Position numbers and translations under genes: made by a program. This document shows positions 1 to 12,769 of a stretch of DNA of 61,942 nucleotides, piece by piece. Within the stretch, counting starts at the first letter, position 1, and each line of letters begins with the position of its first letter. The notes beneath the pieces are model-generated. The model was not told where the DNA came from. It saw nothing but the letters and a program-made list of their open reading frames with translations, and did no database searches. Source of the stretch: Octopus bimaculoides (taxonomy: Eukaryota); the NCBI RefSeq assembly GCF_001194135.2, contig NC_068994.1, positions 47,011,079 through 47,073,020 on the forward strand, written 5' to 3'.

Positions 1-88
1 TCTCACCCTTCCTTTATGATTTTTGTCCAGATGAAAATATAGACATTCCCCAAATATTTTCACCAGCTACATTTTTATTTATTATTAA

Positions 89-319
89 TGGTGAGCTGGC
101 AGAAACGTTAGCACGCCGGGCGAAATGCTTAGCGGTATTTCGTCTGCCACTGCGTTCTGAGTTCAAATTCCGCCGAGGTCGACTTTGCCTTTCATCCTTT
201 CGGGGTCGATAAATTAAGTACCAGTTACGCACTGGGGTCGATATAATCGACTTAATCCGTTTGTCTGTCCTTGTTTGTCCCCTCTGTGTGTAGCCCCTTG
301 TGGGCAGTAAAGAAATAGG
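89..319 (+). mobile_element. SINE family B (tRNA-like head, GCCTTTCATCCTTTCGGGGTCGATAAA core)
   Basis: B-box GAGTTCAAATTCC and multiple similar copies in the window. The core resembles the Deu/Nin-type SINE domain (from memory, not verified). Confidence 0.85.
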
Positions 320-936
320 TATTATTGACTAAATGAAATGTTGTCAGGCATTCAACGCATTCTACCAGCTGGGGATTGGTGAAGGATATGAATGTTGATC
401 GCCTGGGATCAACTCTAGACACTGACCAGCTCAGCCTGAGTTAGTCTCATCTGGAAGATTTAGAGACTAGGGATTATATAGTTTCCAAAAATTCTGACCA
501 TGCCACATGACCCTGCCTGGTGAGTTTAAGCCTCTTCAGGATAAACTTTACAGCTATGGCTAGAACTATTACTAAGCAAATCAGTCCAGCACACACATAG
601 GATGGACCCAGTCATCAGCTGAGTATATCATAAAGATTGAACTGCAGTCTTTCATTAGCAAGGAAGGGAACAGCATGTTGTCTTCCTGTGTCTGCTGGTG
701 CCGATGACAAAAAATAAGCTACATGGGGATCAGTTGTAAGATTAGAACTCAGCCTTTCCTCTCAGCACCAAGCCTTTGTCTTGCGTCTTCAAATACAACT
801 TGAGGAAGAAGAAGCTGCTTTCTGGTAAATTTTACAAAAGGTGGGTGCGAGTAGTAAAACTAACATCACTAAATGGACCCTGCAGTAGCCATATTGGCTC
901 TTAAGCTGATGGCAAGAAGCTGGTGTATGCTGGTGG

Positions 937-981
<45 letters not shown>

Positions 982-1279
982 GATCACACATGTAATGTGA
1001 ACTAGTATCTCAGATTTTCATAATAAGCCTCCTTAAACCATGGACATTTCCTGTAAACAGTTAATGAGCAACTGGAACAACCAGGAAAACTGTTGAAGGG
1101 ACACAGAGCATTCGCACCACTCCTGCCTTCCTTTTATGCCAGAAACCAAGCTGACTGATTCACCATTTAAGAGGTCAAGTGGGGTTGTGACTCTTCTTTG
1201 CATGCCTCTGTGGCTTGTATTCGTTTATTTGTTTGTTTGTATGTACACACACACACACATACACACACGTACATGAATA

Positions 1280-1316
<37 letters not shown>

Positions 1317-1859
1317 NNNNNNNNNNNNNNNNNNNNNNNNNNNNNNNNNNNNNNNNNNNNNNNNNNNNNNNNNNNNNNNNNNNNNNNNNNNNNNNNNNNN
1401 NNNNNNNNNNNNNNNNNNNNNNNNNNNNNNNNNNNNNNNNNNNNNNNNNNNNNNNNNNNNNNNNNNNNNNNNNNNNNNNNNNNNNNNNNNNNNNNNNNNN
1501 NNNNNNNNNNNNNNNNNNNNNNNNNNNNNNNNNNNNNNNNNNNNNNNNNNNNNNNNNNNNNNNNNNNNNNNNNNNNNNNNNNNNNNNNNNNNNNNNNNNN
1601 NNNNNNNNNNNNNNNNNNNNNNNNNNNNNNNNNNNNNNNNNNNNNNNNNNNNNNNNNNNNNNNNNNNNNNNNNNNNNNNNNNNNNNNNNNNNNNNNNNNN
1701 NNNNNNNNNNNNNNNNNNNNNNNNNNNNNNNNNNNNNNNNNNNNNNNNNNNNNNNNNNNNNNNNNNNNNNNNNNNNNNNNNNNNNNNNNAGACCATCAAC
1801 AATTTTTCTATTTGTGGATAAGACCCTGTTGCTATTTTATCATTTATTATTGACCAAGT

Positions 1860-2290
1860 TGGCAAGCTGGCAGAAACGTTAGCATGTTGGTCGAAATGCT
1901 TAACAGTATTTCGTGTATCTTTATATTCTAAGTTCAAATTCCATCAAGGTTGACTTTGCCTTTCATCCTTTCAGGGTCGATAAATTAAGTACCAGTTACG
2001 CACTGGGTTCGATGTAATCAACTTAATTCCTTTGTCTGTCTTTGTTTGTCCCCTCTATGTTTAGCCCCTTGTGGGCAATAAAGAAATAAGAAACATTAGC
2101 ATGCCGGGCGAAATGCTTAATGGTATTTCGCCTATCTTTACATTCTATGTTCAAATTCCATCAAGGTCAACTTTGCCTTTCATCCTTTCAGGGTCGATAA
2201 ATTAAGTACCAGTTGTGTACTCTGGTCAATCTAATTGACTGACCCCCTCCACCAAAATTTCTGGCCTTGTGCCTAGAGTAGAAGAGAATA
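1860..2290 (+). mobile_element. Two abutting SINE family B copies with different 3' tails
   Basis: Head and core repeated at about 1860 and about 2090. Confidence 0.85.
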
Positions 2291-2931
2291 TTATTGACCA
2301 CACATCAGCTGAAACAGTCGCTCTGTCCAAGACTTCACCATTGTCCTTTCACAGGGACAAGTGTTAATCATGTGCAATAGCATTTACATTTTTTTTAAAT
2401 ATTTATAGCTCATGTGTAGGGCATGGCGGTGTGCTTATGAAGTTTGCTTGAAAACCATGTAGTTTAACTCTTCAAAGTTTTATCAAGTGTTTGGCTTATT
2501 TAAGCAGTTTGAATAAACTCTGCACTTGTGTGTGTATGTATGTTTGTGTGTGTGTGTGTGTGTATGTGTGTATGTGTGTGTGTAGATATAGATATATTAT
2601 CTGATAGCTGAAGGGGAAGGATGAGAACATTAGTAGCAACTGCTGCAGGGCCTCCCAAGCTATTCCTAGCTTAATAGGGTTGATGTTCAGATTAGGCATC
2701 TGTAAGTTTGGTAAATTTAGGCTGGGGGGTAACTTGAAAGAGATTATAGATCTGATGAGGAAAGATTGGGTTTATAAGTATTTAGTGCAAGATCTCGGTG
2801 TGTGGTGATGTTAATGGCGGAGTTAAGTTGGACAAGGAGGTCCAGTCCCCTCGTTGTACTGTATTTCGGTTAAGGTAGCAGTTGTATTCTATAGCTTTCT
2901 TGTATAAAGGGGCAAGCTAAAGGGTATTCTT

Positions 2932-3374
2932 TTATTCTTTTATTTGTTTCAGTCATTTGACTGCGGCCATGCTGGAGCACTGCCTTGAGATAATTTAAAA
3001 TATCTTTTTGTCTTGTTTCAGTCATTAAACTGCAGCCATACTGGGGCACCCACCACCTTGAAGATTTTTAGTCAAATAAATCAACCCACAGGATTTTTTT
3101 TTAAAGCCTGCTACATATTCTATCAGTTCTCTTTTGCTGAACTGCTAAGTTACAGAGATGTAAATGCACCAACACCAGTTGTCAAGTGGTGATGGGGGAC
3201 AAAGACTCACACACACACACGCATATTCAACAGGCTTCTTTGAGTTTCCATCTAACAAATCCATTCACAAGGCTTTGGTCAGCCTGAAGTTATAATAGAA
3301 GACGCTTGCCCAAGGTGCCATGCAGTGGGATTGAACCTGGAACCATGTGGTTGGGAAGCAAACTTCTCACCACA
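2932..3374 (-). mobile_element. SINE family A, degenerate, with duplicated 3' end
   Basis: ttgtttcagtcatt...gctggagcac tail present twice, plus the cttgcccaaggtgccatgcagtggga head-core junction. Confidence 0.75.
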
Positions 3375-3804
3375 TGAAAAATTTGGTAAAATGACTTTAT
3401 TAGGATTGGAACATAAATTAACAGAAAATTTTGATGGAAAGTTTTAGTTTAAGTCTCTTCAATACTGGAGGTTGTATCATAGAACTAGGAGCAGTCTCAG
3501 ATTGGCTGGTATCAAAAGGGTTTGTAGCAAATGTTATTTAACTCCAGGTCAGCACTGATCAAGCAGGCCTATGATCAAAGGCATTCTAGCCACGACCAGT
3601 CTACCTTGTCTTTTTAAAGGTATGATGTTCTTATTCAATTTTTTTGTTACCATATTTCTGTTGAATTTAAAAATTTTTTTTTTTAATTATGAAGAATTTA
3701 GGAAAAATAACTTTGTCATAAAGTTGGTGCTTGGAACATAAATTAACATGAAATTTTGATGTAGGAAATTTGTATCATAGGACCAGAAGTGGTCTCAGGT
3801 ATGT

Positions 3805-4273
3805 TTATAGCATTTGGACCAGCCATATCTGGCCAAAATATTCTACCCGTTCTCTGTTCAAATCAAATAGATCTGGCCAGTCATACCTACACTAAAATGT
3901 TCTCCAGGCCAGCACTAAGTGCGTGGCTTAGTGGTTAGAGTGTTGAACTCATGATCATAGGATTGTGGTTTTGTCTTCTGGACCAGGAGACATGTGTTCT
4001 TGAGCAAAACACTTCACTTCATGTTGCTCTTGTGCACTCAGATGGCAAAAATGAGTAACCCTGGAACGGACTGGCATCACATCCAGGTGGGGAATATATA
4101 TGTATGCCATAGAAACCAGGAAACCAGCCCAGTGTGACAGAAAGAAGGTAACTTTACTTTTTTAATCACATCACTGAAATCTGGAACCCATGAGATAATA
4201 CATGATTAATTCAAAACAATATGAATAGACAAGCATTATATTTGACAGAGTAATCTGAACGCTAAAGGGTTAA
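3805..4273 (+). mobile_element. piggyBac-type MITE split by a nested tRNA-SINE (about 3918-4140)
   Basis: MITE 5' half at 3805-3905 and 3' half ending AAAGGG|TTAA at 4273. The insert starts gtgcgtggcttagtggttagag (A-box). Confidence 0.7.
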
Positions 4274-5067
4274 GGTAGTTGTGTGCTGTTATAAAGAGAT
4301 TTAACTACTATTTCTACCCAGTCAAATGACAACATAGCCTCTCTGTTTGATAGTTGAGTAGCAGGCTAGAAGACTCTAATCACCTGTAAACCAGTTGTTG
4401 TCATTTTAAAATCCATGCCAGCCATGATCAAGGTTGTTGCTGGGTAAGGGAATGAGTTATCAAATGGATATATAGCAGTTTGTATATTTTCAACACCAGC
4501 CCACTTTGCTGTGTATAGGCAGCTGTTGTTTAATCCAAGGTCTTCTCTGTTCGAGCGCTCACATAATGATCAAAGGCACCCAGCCATAACTCTCTCCTGT
4601 TCTCTCTGCCTATTTTCATTTTTCTGGCAAAGTGTATCCGAAGCTACATCATCCACTGTGTTCCTTTATTGTAAAACGGTGGTGCATGGTGTGAGGGAAT
4701 TTTGGCAGCTATTTCTTGCAAGTTTAGTGACCTTGTACAAGTTCACTCGTTTGTGCTCCATGGTGGTGCATCACAATACTGTAAACACTGAGACGATTTC
4801 ATTAAAATTTTGTTTATTTTCTTCATTGATGTGCAATATATTGATTTGCAACTCCATGTTCCAGTTCATTCCAGGAGGGAACTACTTGCAACAAACTGGA
4901 ATCTTATCAAGGAATTAATTTATAAGCCTGATTGATGTTTGGATCACAGCTGGACAAAATGTTTTTTGGCATTTAATATATAAAATTATGATGGATCTCT
5001 TAGTTACTGAAATCTCAGAGTTGGAAAATCTGGTTGAAGTTTTAATAAAAAAAATATATATAAGCAT

Positions 5068-5473
5068 AGGCGCAGGGGTGGCTGTGTGGTAAGTAGCTTG
5101 CTTACCAACCACATGGTTCCGGGTTCAGTCCCACTGCGTGGCATCTTGGGCAAGTGTCCTCAACTATAGCCTTGGGCCGACCAAAGCCTTGTGAGTGGAT
5201 TTGGTAGACGGAAACTGAAAGAAGCCCGTCGTGTATATGTATATATATATGTGTGTGTGTATGTTTGTGTGTTTGTGTTTGTCCCCCTAGCATTGCTTGA
5301 CAACCGATGCTGGTGTGTTTATGTCCCCGTCACTTAGCGGTTTGGCAAAAGAGAGCGATAGAATAAGTACTAGGCTTACAAAGAATAAGTCCCCGGGTCG
5401 ATTTGCTCGACTAAAGGCGGTTCTCCAGCATGGCCGCAGTCAAATGACTGAAACAAGTAAAAGAGTAAAAGAG
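5068..5473 (+). mobile_element. SINE family A, full length (tRNA head, CORE-like segment, internal TA/TG microsatellite, (AAAGAGT)n tail)
   Basis: A-box TGGCTGTGTGG, B-box GGTTCAGTCCC and gtggcatcttgggcaagtgtc. About 90% similar to other copies by eye. Confidence 0.9.
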
Positions 5474-5576
5474 TAAGCACTTAAAGACCCTTTTGAGACC
5501 AGCTTGTCTAAAACCAAATTTTGTTCCGACATACAAACTTCCTATCACAATTTCATGTTAAACTATTCCAACCAAA

Positions 5577-5770
5577 GGCAGCAAGCTGGGTGGAATGCTT
5601 AGCAGCATTTCATCCATCTTTAAGTTCTGAGTTCAAATTCCACTGAGGTTAACTTTGCCTTTCATACTTTCAGGGTCGATAAAATAAGCACCAGTTGAGT
5701 ACTGGGATCGATGCAATCAACTTACCCCACTTCTCAATATTGCTGGCCTTGTGCCAAAATTTGAAATCAA
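5577..5770 (+). mobile_element. SINE family B, degenerate
   Basis: gttctgagttcaaattcc...gcctttcatactttcagggtcgataaa. Confidence 0.75.
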
Positions 5771-5856
5771 ATTATGTTCCAGCCACCAACTTAATAAGGA
5801 CAACATTATTTTACTAAATTCTTGGTTATTTTAACAGAAATATGGTAATAAAAAAA

Positions 5857-6087
5857 GGCGGCGAGCTGGCAGAAACGTTAGCACGCTGAGCGAAATGCTT
5901 AGCGGTATTTCGTCTGCCGTTATGTTCTGAGTTCAAATTACGCCGAGGTTGACTTTGCCTTTCATCCTTTCGAGGTAGATAAATCAAGTTCCAGTTACGC
6001 ACTGGGGTCGATGTAATCGACTTAATCCCTTTGTCTGTCCTTGCTTGTCCCCTCTATGTTTAGCCCCTTGTGGGCAATAAAGAAATA
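5857..6087 (+). mobile_element. SINE family B with target-site duplication
   Basis: Flanked by the direct repeat AGAAATATGGTAAT at 5836-5849 and 6088-6101. Confidence 0.92.
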
Positions 6088-6570
6088 AGAAATATGGTAA
6101 TGAAAAGGATAATTCTTGGCAAGTAGGTAACGTGTGTCTATGTTTAATTCTCTAACATTTAAACCAGCCATCTACAGACCAAATATTCTACATAATTTAT
6201 GTTGAAACTAGCCAGATCCAGCCTCTCACACCTACCCTACTATGCCCATTCTAAACATAAAGCAATAACATCTTAAAAATTTTGAAGTTACAACATACTA
6301 CATGATGGATTTTTAATAAATGTGGATAAATATGCATTACATATTACATTTGATAAATCAACCTGAATACTAAAGCATTAAGTCTGTGTATATTATATAC
6401 AGCCAGTGTGCAGCCCTGTCAATGTGTGCATATTTAATATACTACCAGTGTATATAACCCTTTCATGATTACTCTCATTGCACTTTGTGACTGGATGTAT
6501 ATAAGTGAGAGTGTGTGTGTGTATATGTAGGTGCATGTATGTATTTTTGTTAAATATACAGCCAGCATAT

Positions 6571-6601
<31 letters not shown>

Positions 6602-7569
6602 GCCCTATCATTGTTTCTCGTTGCACTTTGTGTGTGTGTATCTGAGTGCATGTAGGCATTTTTATGTTTGATAAGCCAAAAAAAAAAATGAGTGTATCAT
6701 GGTGCTTTGATGTAAGTGTGGCTCTGTGAGAGAGAAAGAGAAAGAGAGAGAAATGTGCGTGTCTGTGTGTGTTTGTGCGTAATTATCAGGATGCAACAGT
6801 GCATGTATGTCACTTGCTACACATTGGTGTTTGCCTGTCGTTGCACTTTAGTGCATGTCATTGCACTCTGGGTGCAAGTCACTGCACCTTGATGTATCAC
6901 TGCGTATGCATATGGTGTGGATGTCCTTATTACTACACTTTAACTGTTTGCATGTCACTGCACTTGGCGCTGTGTTTGTGTGTGTGTTTGGTGTTTAATG
7001 AACAGCCAGTATGACACAACCAAGATGCAATAAATGTGTGTGTGTGAGACTGCACTTTAGTGTATATGTGTTCAAGAGACGATCTGAATCTAGCTCGAGA
7101 TATAAACCATGTATGTATATGACTGTGTTGGTGTATATATGTGTGTTTGTGTTTGCGTGTATATGTCGATGTAGTTTTTATACACGCAAACACTGTTGCA
7201 TTTTGATGTCTATGTTTCCTATTAATTAGTCAGAGGAAGAGGAGGGGCAGCACTCATATTGTTTGCAAGGACCCCCCTCACCACCACCACCACCACCACT
7301 CATACACATGCATAATGTTACGTCTTCATGCATGTGTATGATGCAGTTGCATTTTAATGCTTGTATACATCATACACTCTCATGCATGCACACATAGTTG
7401 TATGTATGTGTGTGTATATGTATATATATATATGTATTTATATATAGATATAAATATACACACACACACACACATATATAGACATTTTGTTTTTATTGTG
7501 TGTGTGAGTGTACACATGTATGTGTGCATCTATACATACATACATACATACATATATATATCTATATAC

Positions 7570-7608
<39 letters not shown>

Positions 7609-8100
7609 NNNNNNNNNNNNNNNNNNNNNNNNNNNNNNNNNNNNNNNNNNNNNNNNNNNNNNNNNNNNNNNNNNNNNNNNNNNNNNNNNNNNNNNNNNNN
7701 NNNNNNNNNNNNNNNNNNNNNNNNNNNNNNNNNNNNNNNNNNNNNNNNNNNNNNNNNNNNNNNNNNNNNNNNNNNNNNNNNNNNNNNNNNNNNNNNNNNN
7801 NNNNNNNNNNNNNNNNNNNNNNNNNNNNNNNNNNNNNNNCGAGGCAAGTGGGGGAGAGAGGTTGTTAGTGGTTTCCCAATAGAAAACCCTTTGTCACCAT
7901 CCTTACTTTCTGAGAGGAGAAAACTCACACATACATGAGAGCTGTATATGTGTGTGTGTGTGTATGCATGTATGCGTGCGTTTGTGTGCATATGTGTATA
8001 TGACTATGGCTGTATGTATATATGTGTATTAAAGTTTGTGTGTGTGTGTGTGTGTGTGTAATGTATGCATATGTATGGGGAAATAAAACTCTTTTTACAG

Positions 8101-8188
8101 ACCAAGCGGCACCGAGCCATTGACTATCTCAGCCAACTTGGAGCCTGATGGATCTTTAAATTGGAATCAGTGTCCTATCTGCTGCTGA
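8101..8188 (+). other. Unassigned exon-like segment
   Basis: Acceptor aactctttttacag| followed by CpG-containing complex sequence. Reads TKRHRAIDYLSQLGA* or PSGTEPLTISANLEPDGSLNWNQCPICC*. Neither is recognised. Confidence 0.3.
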
Positions 8189-8240
8189 TGCTGCTGCCAT
8201 ACTCAGTATCAACTTTATCACCCATTGGCTGCTGCTACTG

Positions 8241-9046
8241 TTGATGATGATGATGATGATGATTGGGGTGGAGTGGGGTAAATCAACACTGGTGGAAACG
8301 ATGGTGGTGTTACTGCTGCTGCAGTATCAACTTTATCACCATCGGTTTCATTTTTTCATGATGATGATGAGGATGATGGTGATAGCAGTGATGCTGGTGG
8401 TTGTACCGATGGTGCCATTGTTTCTACAACTGCTACTGCTGCTGTTGCTGCTGCAACTTCTGCAGGTTTTGTTCATTTTTGATTGCACAGTTTGCTGCAC
8501 ACTTGAGAACTGTGTCGTCACTGTTGTTGTTATTGTTATTATTATTATTTCAAGTGGGGAAGTTGTTGCACTTAACACAATCATTATCACCACCACCACT
8601 TTCACCATTGTCCTCGTCGTCATCACCATCGTCATCATCATTGTTATCATTTTCATCATCATCATCATCATTATGACCACCACCACCACCACCATCATTA
8701 CCAATACCACCACCACCACCAACACCATCCAGTACATTACTATCACCACTGTTGTTGTTGTAACCCTTCCCTAATAATCATCATTGCTGTCTTTAGGTTA
8801 GTGTGGATGAACTGTCTGGATTAATCTGGTTACTTCACCGTTTCCGTGTGTTTGGTATTCAAATCTAAGTAGCGGAAGGTTTACTTTCCATCTTTCTTGG
8901 AGGTCAGTAAACTAAGTACCAGTAATATATTGGGGTTGCGACCATCAACTTTACCCCGGCCCCCAACAATCTGCTCTACCTGCTAATTGTGGTTTTGCAG
9001 TAAGATTAGAAATCATCATCATCATCATCATCATCGCCACCACCAC

Positions 9047-9078
<32 letters not shown>

Positions 9079-9745
9079 CATCACCATCATCATCATCATC
9101 ATCATCATCACATCATCATCATCATCATCATCATCACCATCATCACCATCACCACCACCACCACCACCACCATCACCACCACCACCACCATCACCACATA
9201 CACCACCACCACCAACACAAACACCATCACCATCATCATCATCATCATCATCATNNNNNNNNNNNNNNNNNNNNNNNNNNNNNNNNNNNNNNNNNNNNNN
9301 NNNNNNNNNNNNNNNNNNNNNNNNNNNNNNNNNNNNNNNNNNNNNNNNNNNNNNNNNNNNNNNNNNNNNNNNNNNNNNNNNNNNNNNNNNNNNNNNNNNN
9401 NNNNNNNNNNNNNNNNNNNNNNNNNNNNNNNNNNNNNNNNNNNNNNNNNNNNNNNNNNNNNNNNNNNNNNNNNNNNNNNNNNNNNNNNNNNNNNNNNNNN
9501 NNNNNNNNNNNNNNNNNNNNNNNNNNNNNNNNNNNNNNNNNNNNNNNNNNNNNNNNNNNNNNNNNNNNNNNNNNNNNCATCATCATCACATCATCATCAT
9601 CATCATCACCATCACCACCACCACCATCACCACCACCACCATCACCACCACCACCACCATCACCACATACACCACCACCACCAACACAAACACCATCACC
9701 ATCATCATCATCATCATCATCATGATTATTATTATTATTATTTAG
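8241..9745. repeat. Compound trinucleotide microsatellites (GAT/GCT/CAT/CAC/ATT)
   Basis: Direct inspection. Includes an N-gap. Confidence 0.9.
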
Positions 9746-10002
9746 CATCGGTTTTCCATGCTGGCATGAGTAAGACAATTTCCCTGGGGCTGCTGTGCCA
9801 GACAGCTGCACCAGGCTCCAGTCTGTTTTGTCTTGGTTTGGTTTCTGCCAGGGCTGTGAAGTCAAAACAAAAATCTTCGACTCTTGACTCTTCTACTATT
9901 GGCACCCCTGACTCCGACTCCTCTTTATGTAATTAAGTGATTCTGGTCTACATTTCTAATAAAGCATATGCATACGCTTGTACTTTGTGTACCATGCAAA
10001 TA

Positions 10003-10116
10003 GCTGAGCATTCCACAGACACGCATACCCTTAATGTCTTGTGTGTGTGTGTGTGTGTGCTTATTCCTTTGATCTCTATTGGGCCAAATACAGGGACATA
10101 AACAAACCCACAGACA

Positions 10117-10162
<46 letters not shown>

Positions 10163-10199
10163 AGACATAAAGGGTATGCATGTCTGTGGAGTACTCAGC
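10003..10199. repeat. Local inverted duplication of a repeat fragment
   Basis: gctgagcattccacagacacgcatacccttaatgtc(tg)n pairs with (ca)n..gacataaagggtatgcatgtctgtggagtactcagc. Confidence 0.75.
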
Positions 10200-11293
10200 C
10201 ACTAGTACGGTAATTTCGCAAGTGGGTTGCTTTGTTGATTGGATCAGCTGAAACCTTCATCATCATAATTGACGAATTGCCATTCTTTTACTAAATTACT
10301 GAAACACACTTGTCCACATATTTCACTACAGCACACTCCATTTATGCCACTCTCCACTTTTATATCTTTTACTGCAACCATGATGGGACACTACCTCCAA
10401 AGGTATCAGTCAAACAAATCGACCCCAGTACATATTCTTTTTTTTAACTTGGTGCTTATTCCTTTGATCTCTCTTGTGCCAAACTGCTAAGTTACAGGGA
10501 TATAAACAACCCCCACACACACACACACACATACACACACACACAAGACATTAAAATGTCATAAATACATTCTGGGTGACAGGCACAAAGACACACACAC
10601 AGACTTTAAAATGTCATAAATAAATTCTCTTTAAAATCAGATATCTATTGCACTAGAAACATGGATTGGTTACTCTTTTAAAGAGAATATACTGTGTTCA
10701 TGGCTGTAATAAACAAATTTGTTTATGTACAATTCTCCATCTTTATTTTATCATTTTAATGTTTTAAATATACGCTCTGTACATTGTAATGAAATCCATA
10801 GAAGCAAACTCAGGATTTGTGCATCAGATGAAATACTGTATGGTTGTTTACCTTAAGCAATCTCTCATTGTTCCATAACATTCGATGTGGCTAGCCAGAA
10901 GCTGGATTATAACAGGAAGGCTTGTAAATGTGGTCTTTGAACATAAACATGCTCATCCAGGTCTGGCCTTGGGCTAAATGACATATGAAATCAGTCTGTA
11001 TTATGTGCTCCGTTGCACAATTCTCTCCACTCAGTGCTGTCTGTGTAGTCTTCCAAACGCACATACACATATACAGGCTGTTAGACATACACACAGTCTG
11101 GTTTACAAACACGTGTATGTGCACACACGCGCGCGCGCGCATCAGAGAAACACAATGTCACACTTGCATAGCCACAGATGTAGAGACACCAACAGAAAGC
11201 AACACCTGATCATACAGGCACACTGACCCTGCCCACGCATGCAGACTATCAGATACACAGGCACATATGCAGATTGCTAGGTACATGATGTCA

Positions 11294-11333
<40 letters not shown>

Positions 11334-11515
11334 GAGAAAGACCAACATAAAAGAGACACACACTCACATATACGTGGACAAGAGACTAGAGATACTCTTT
11401 GTTATGCGTAGACAGATACTAAGACTTCTTGTTCACGTGTGTGTGTGTATAACAATATGTATCTATAGTTTGTGTCTGTGTGTTGTTTGTGAATGTATCT
11501 GTGTCTCTTTGTATC

Positions 11516-11850
11516 TTTTTATCTTCTACTTGTTTCAGTCATTGGAGTGTGGTCATGCTGTGGCACCAGCTTGATGTGTTGAGCAAATCAATCCCAGTAC
11601 TTTTTTTTTTTAATCTGATACTTATTCTGTTGATCTTTTTTTTTTAACCAAACCACTATTTTATGGAGATGTAAACAAACCAACACTGGTTATCAAGCTA
11701 TGGTGAGGCACAAACACACATACACACATTTATACAACAGGTTTCCTCACAGTTTCCATTTACTAAATTCACTCATGGCATTGTTTGGCCCAGTGCTATA
11801 GTAGAAGACATTTGCCCAAGGTACCATGCAGTGGAACTGAACCTGGTACA
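11516..11850 (-). mobile_element. SINE family A, degenerate
   Basis: tgtttcagtcatt tail and ttgcccaaggtaccatgcagtggaactgaacc. Confidence 0.7.
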
Positions 11851-12138
11851 TGTTACCAAGTCATGCTTGCTCGTGAATGATCACTAGCTATACTATACTA
11901 ACAACAACCATCTTTATAAAGCAAAAGTGAGAGTTGTTGTTAATTAATTGGTTTTGTTGTTGAATGTCTGAAATACTGCTAATTATTCAGCAGGGAAATA
12001 AGAGAACTTGTTTGTCAGCCAGGTAGTCTGAGGCAAGCACAGTTATATATTTTTCCTGGGGACGCAACTCAAGAGAAAGAGTATAGTTTATAACAAGGCT
12101 TGAACTACTGTCTCTGTGATCTGTAATCCTGCATCTTC

Positions 12139-12501
12139 AGGGTTAAGGGTAAAGGGTAAAGGGTAAAGACCCCCTTCGGTCATGAATGACCATGGGTTGC
12201 ACCTAGAATGTTATCCTTCAAGTTTCAAGTTCGGGCAAGGTTATTTACGAAAGACTAGCAGATGCCCATGCATACCAGTCTTCCCTTTCTACACTGCCAA
12301 TGTTATCCAGAGGAAAGGCAAAGGTCAATGCAGCTTGGCACTAATGATGTTGCAACTTGTTTTTATGGCTGAGTGAACTGGAACAACATGAAAATAAAGT
12401 GTCTTGCTCAAGAACACATCACACAGCCCGGTCCAAGAATTGAACTCACCACCTTATGATTGTGAGCCTGACACTTGAACCACTGAACCATGCACTTTCA
12501 C
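12139..12501 (-). mobile_element. SINE family D (tRNA head, (CCCTTTA)n tail)
   Basis: Reverse strand starts gtgaaagtgcatggttcagtgg...gttcaattc and ends gggggtctttaccctttaccc. Homologous to 36876-37223. Confidence 0.85.
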
Positions 12502-12510
12502 AAAGTGTGA

Positions 12511-12626
12511 GATGCTTACAGCACTTAAGTTTCCCAAGCAGTCACCCATCTATGTACCTACTAGGTTTGATGTTGCCTAACTTCAGTGATCAGATGAGAA
12601 CTGGTGCATTCAACATATGGTGACAA
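12511..12626 (-). pseudogene. 5S rRNA pseudogene
   Basis: Reverse strand reads ccatatgttgaatgcaccagttctcatctgatcactgaagttaggcaacatcaaacctagtaggtacatagatgggtgactgcttgggaaacttaagtgctgtaagcatc, which is colinear with animal 5S including box A and box C. CpGs are converted to TG/CA. Confidence 0.9.
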
Positions 12627-12769
12627 GGAATCCAGCACTTTTACCTCAATGATAACGTTTACGATTGAGTCAGTTACTTTGTTTTCTGTGATAATAGACA
12701 ACAAAATCCTCGATGGGCCATTGTCCAGATCTCACCTGTGGGCTGGTTGAACCTGGTACTAAAAGAAAA

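Noticed and set aside
2700-2930. Possible Penelope GIY-YIG remnant (LYKKAIEYNCYLNRN on the minus strand)
   Set aside because: The similarity is too short and weak to call without a database search.
5068-5150. tRNA genes at SINE heads
   Set aside because: A and B boxes are present but there is no complete cloverleaf, and each continues into a repeat body.
8241-8774. 177-aa hydrophobic ORF resembling a membrane protein
   Set aside because: It is the product of GAT/GCT/GTT/ATC triplet repeats, and several frames are open on both strands.
9080-9720. Similar CAT/CAC pattern repeated either side of the 9255-9577 gap
   Set aside because: Probably a scaffolding overlap in low-complexity sequence.
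12139-12168. Telomere-like (AGGGTAA)n
   Set aside because: It is the 3' tail of the family D SINE and is not the animal TTAGGG repeat.
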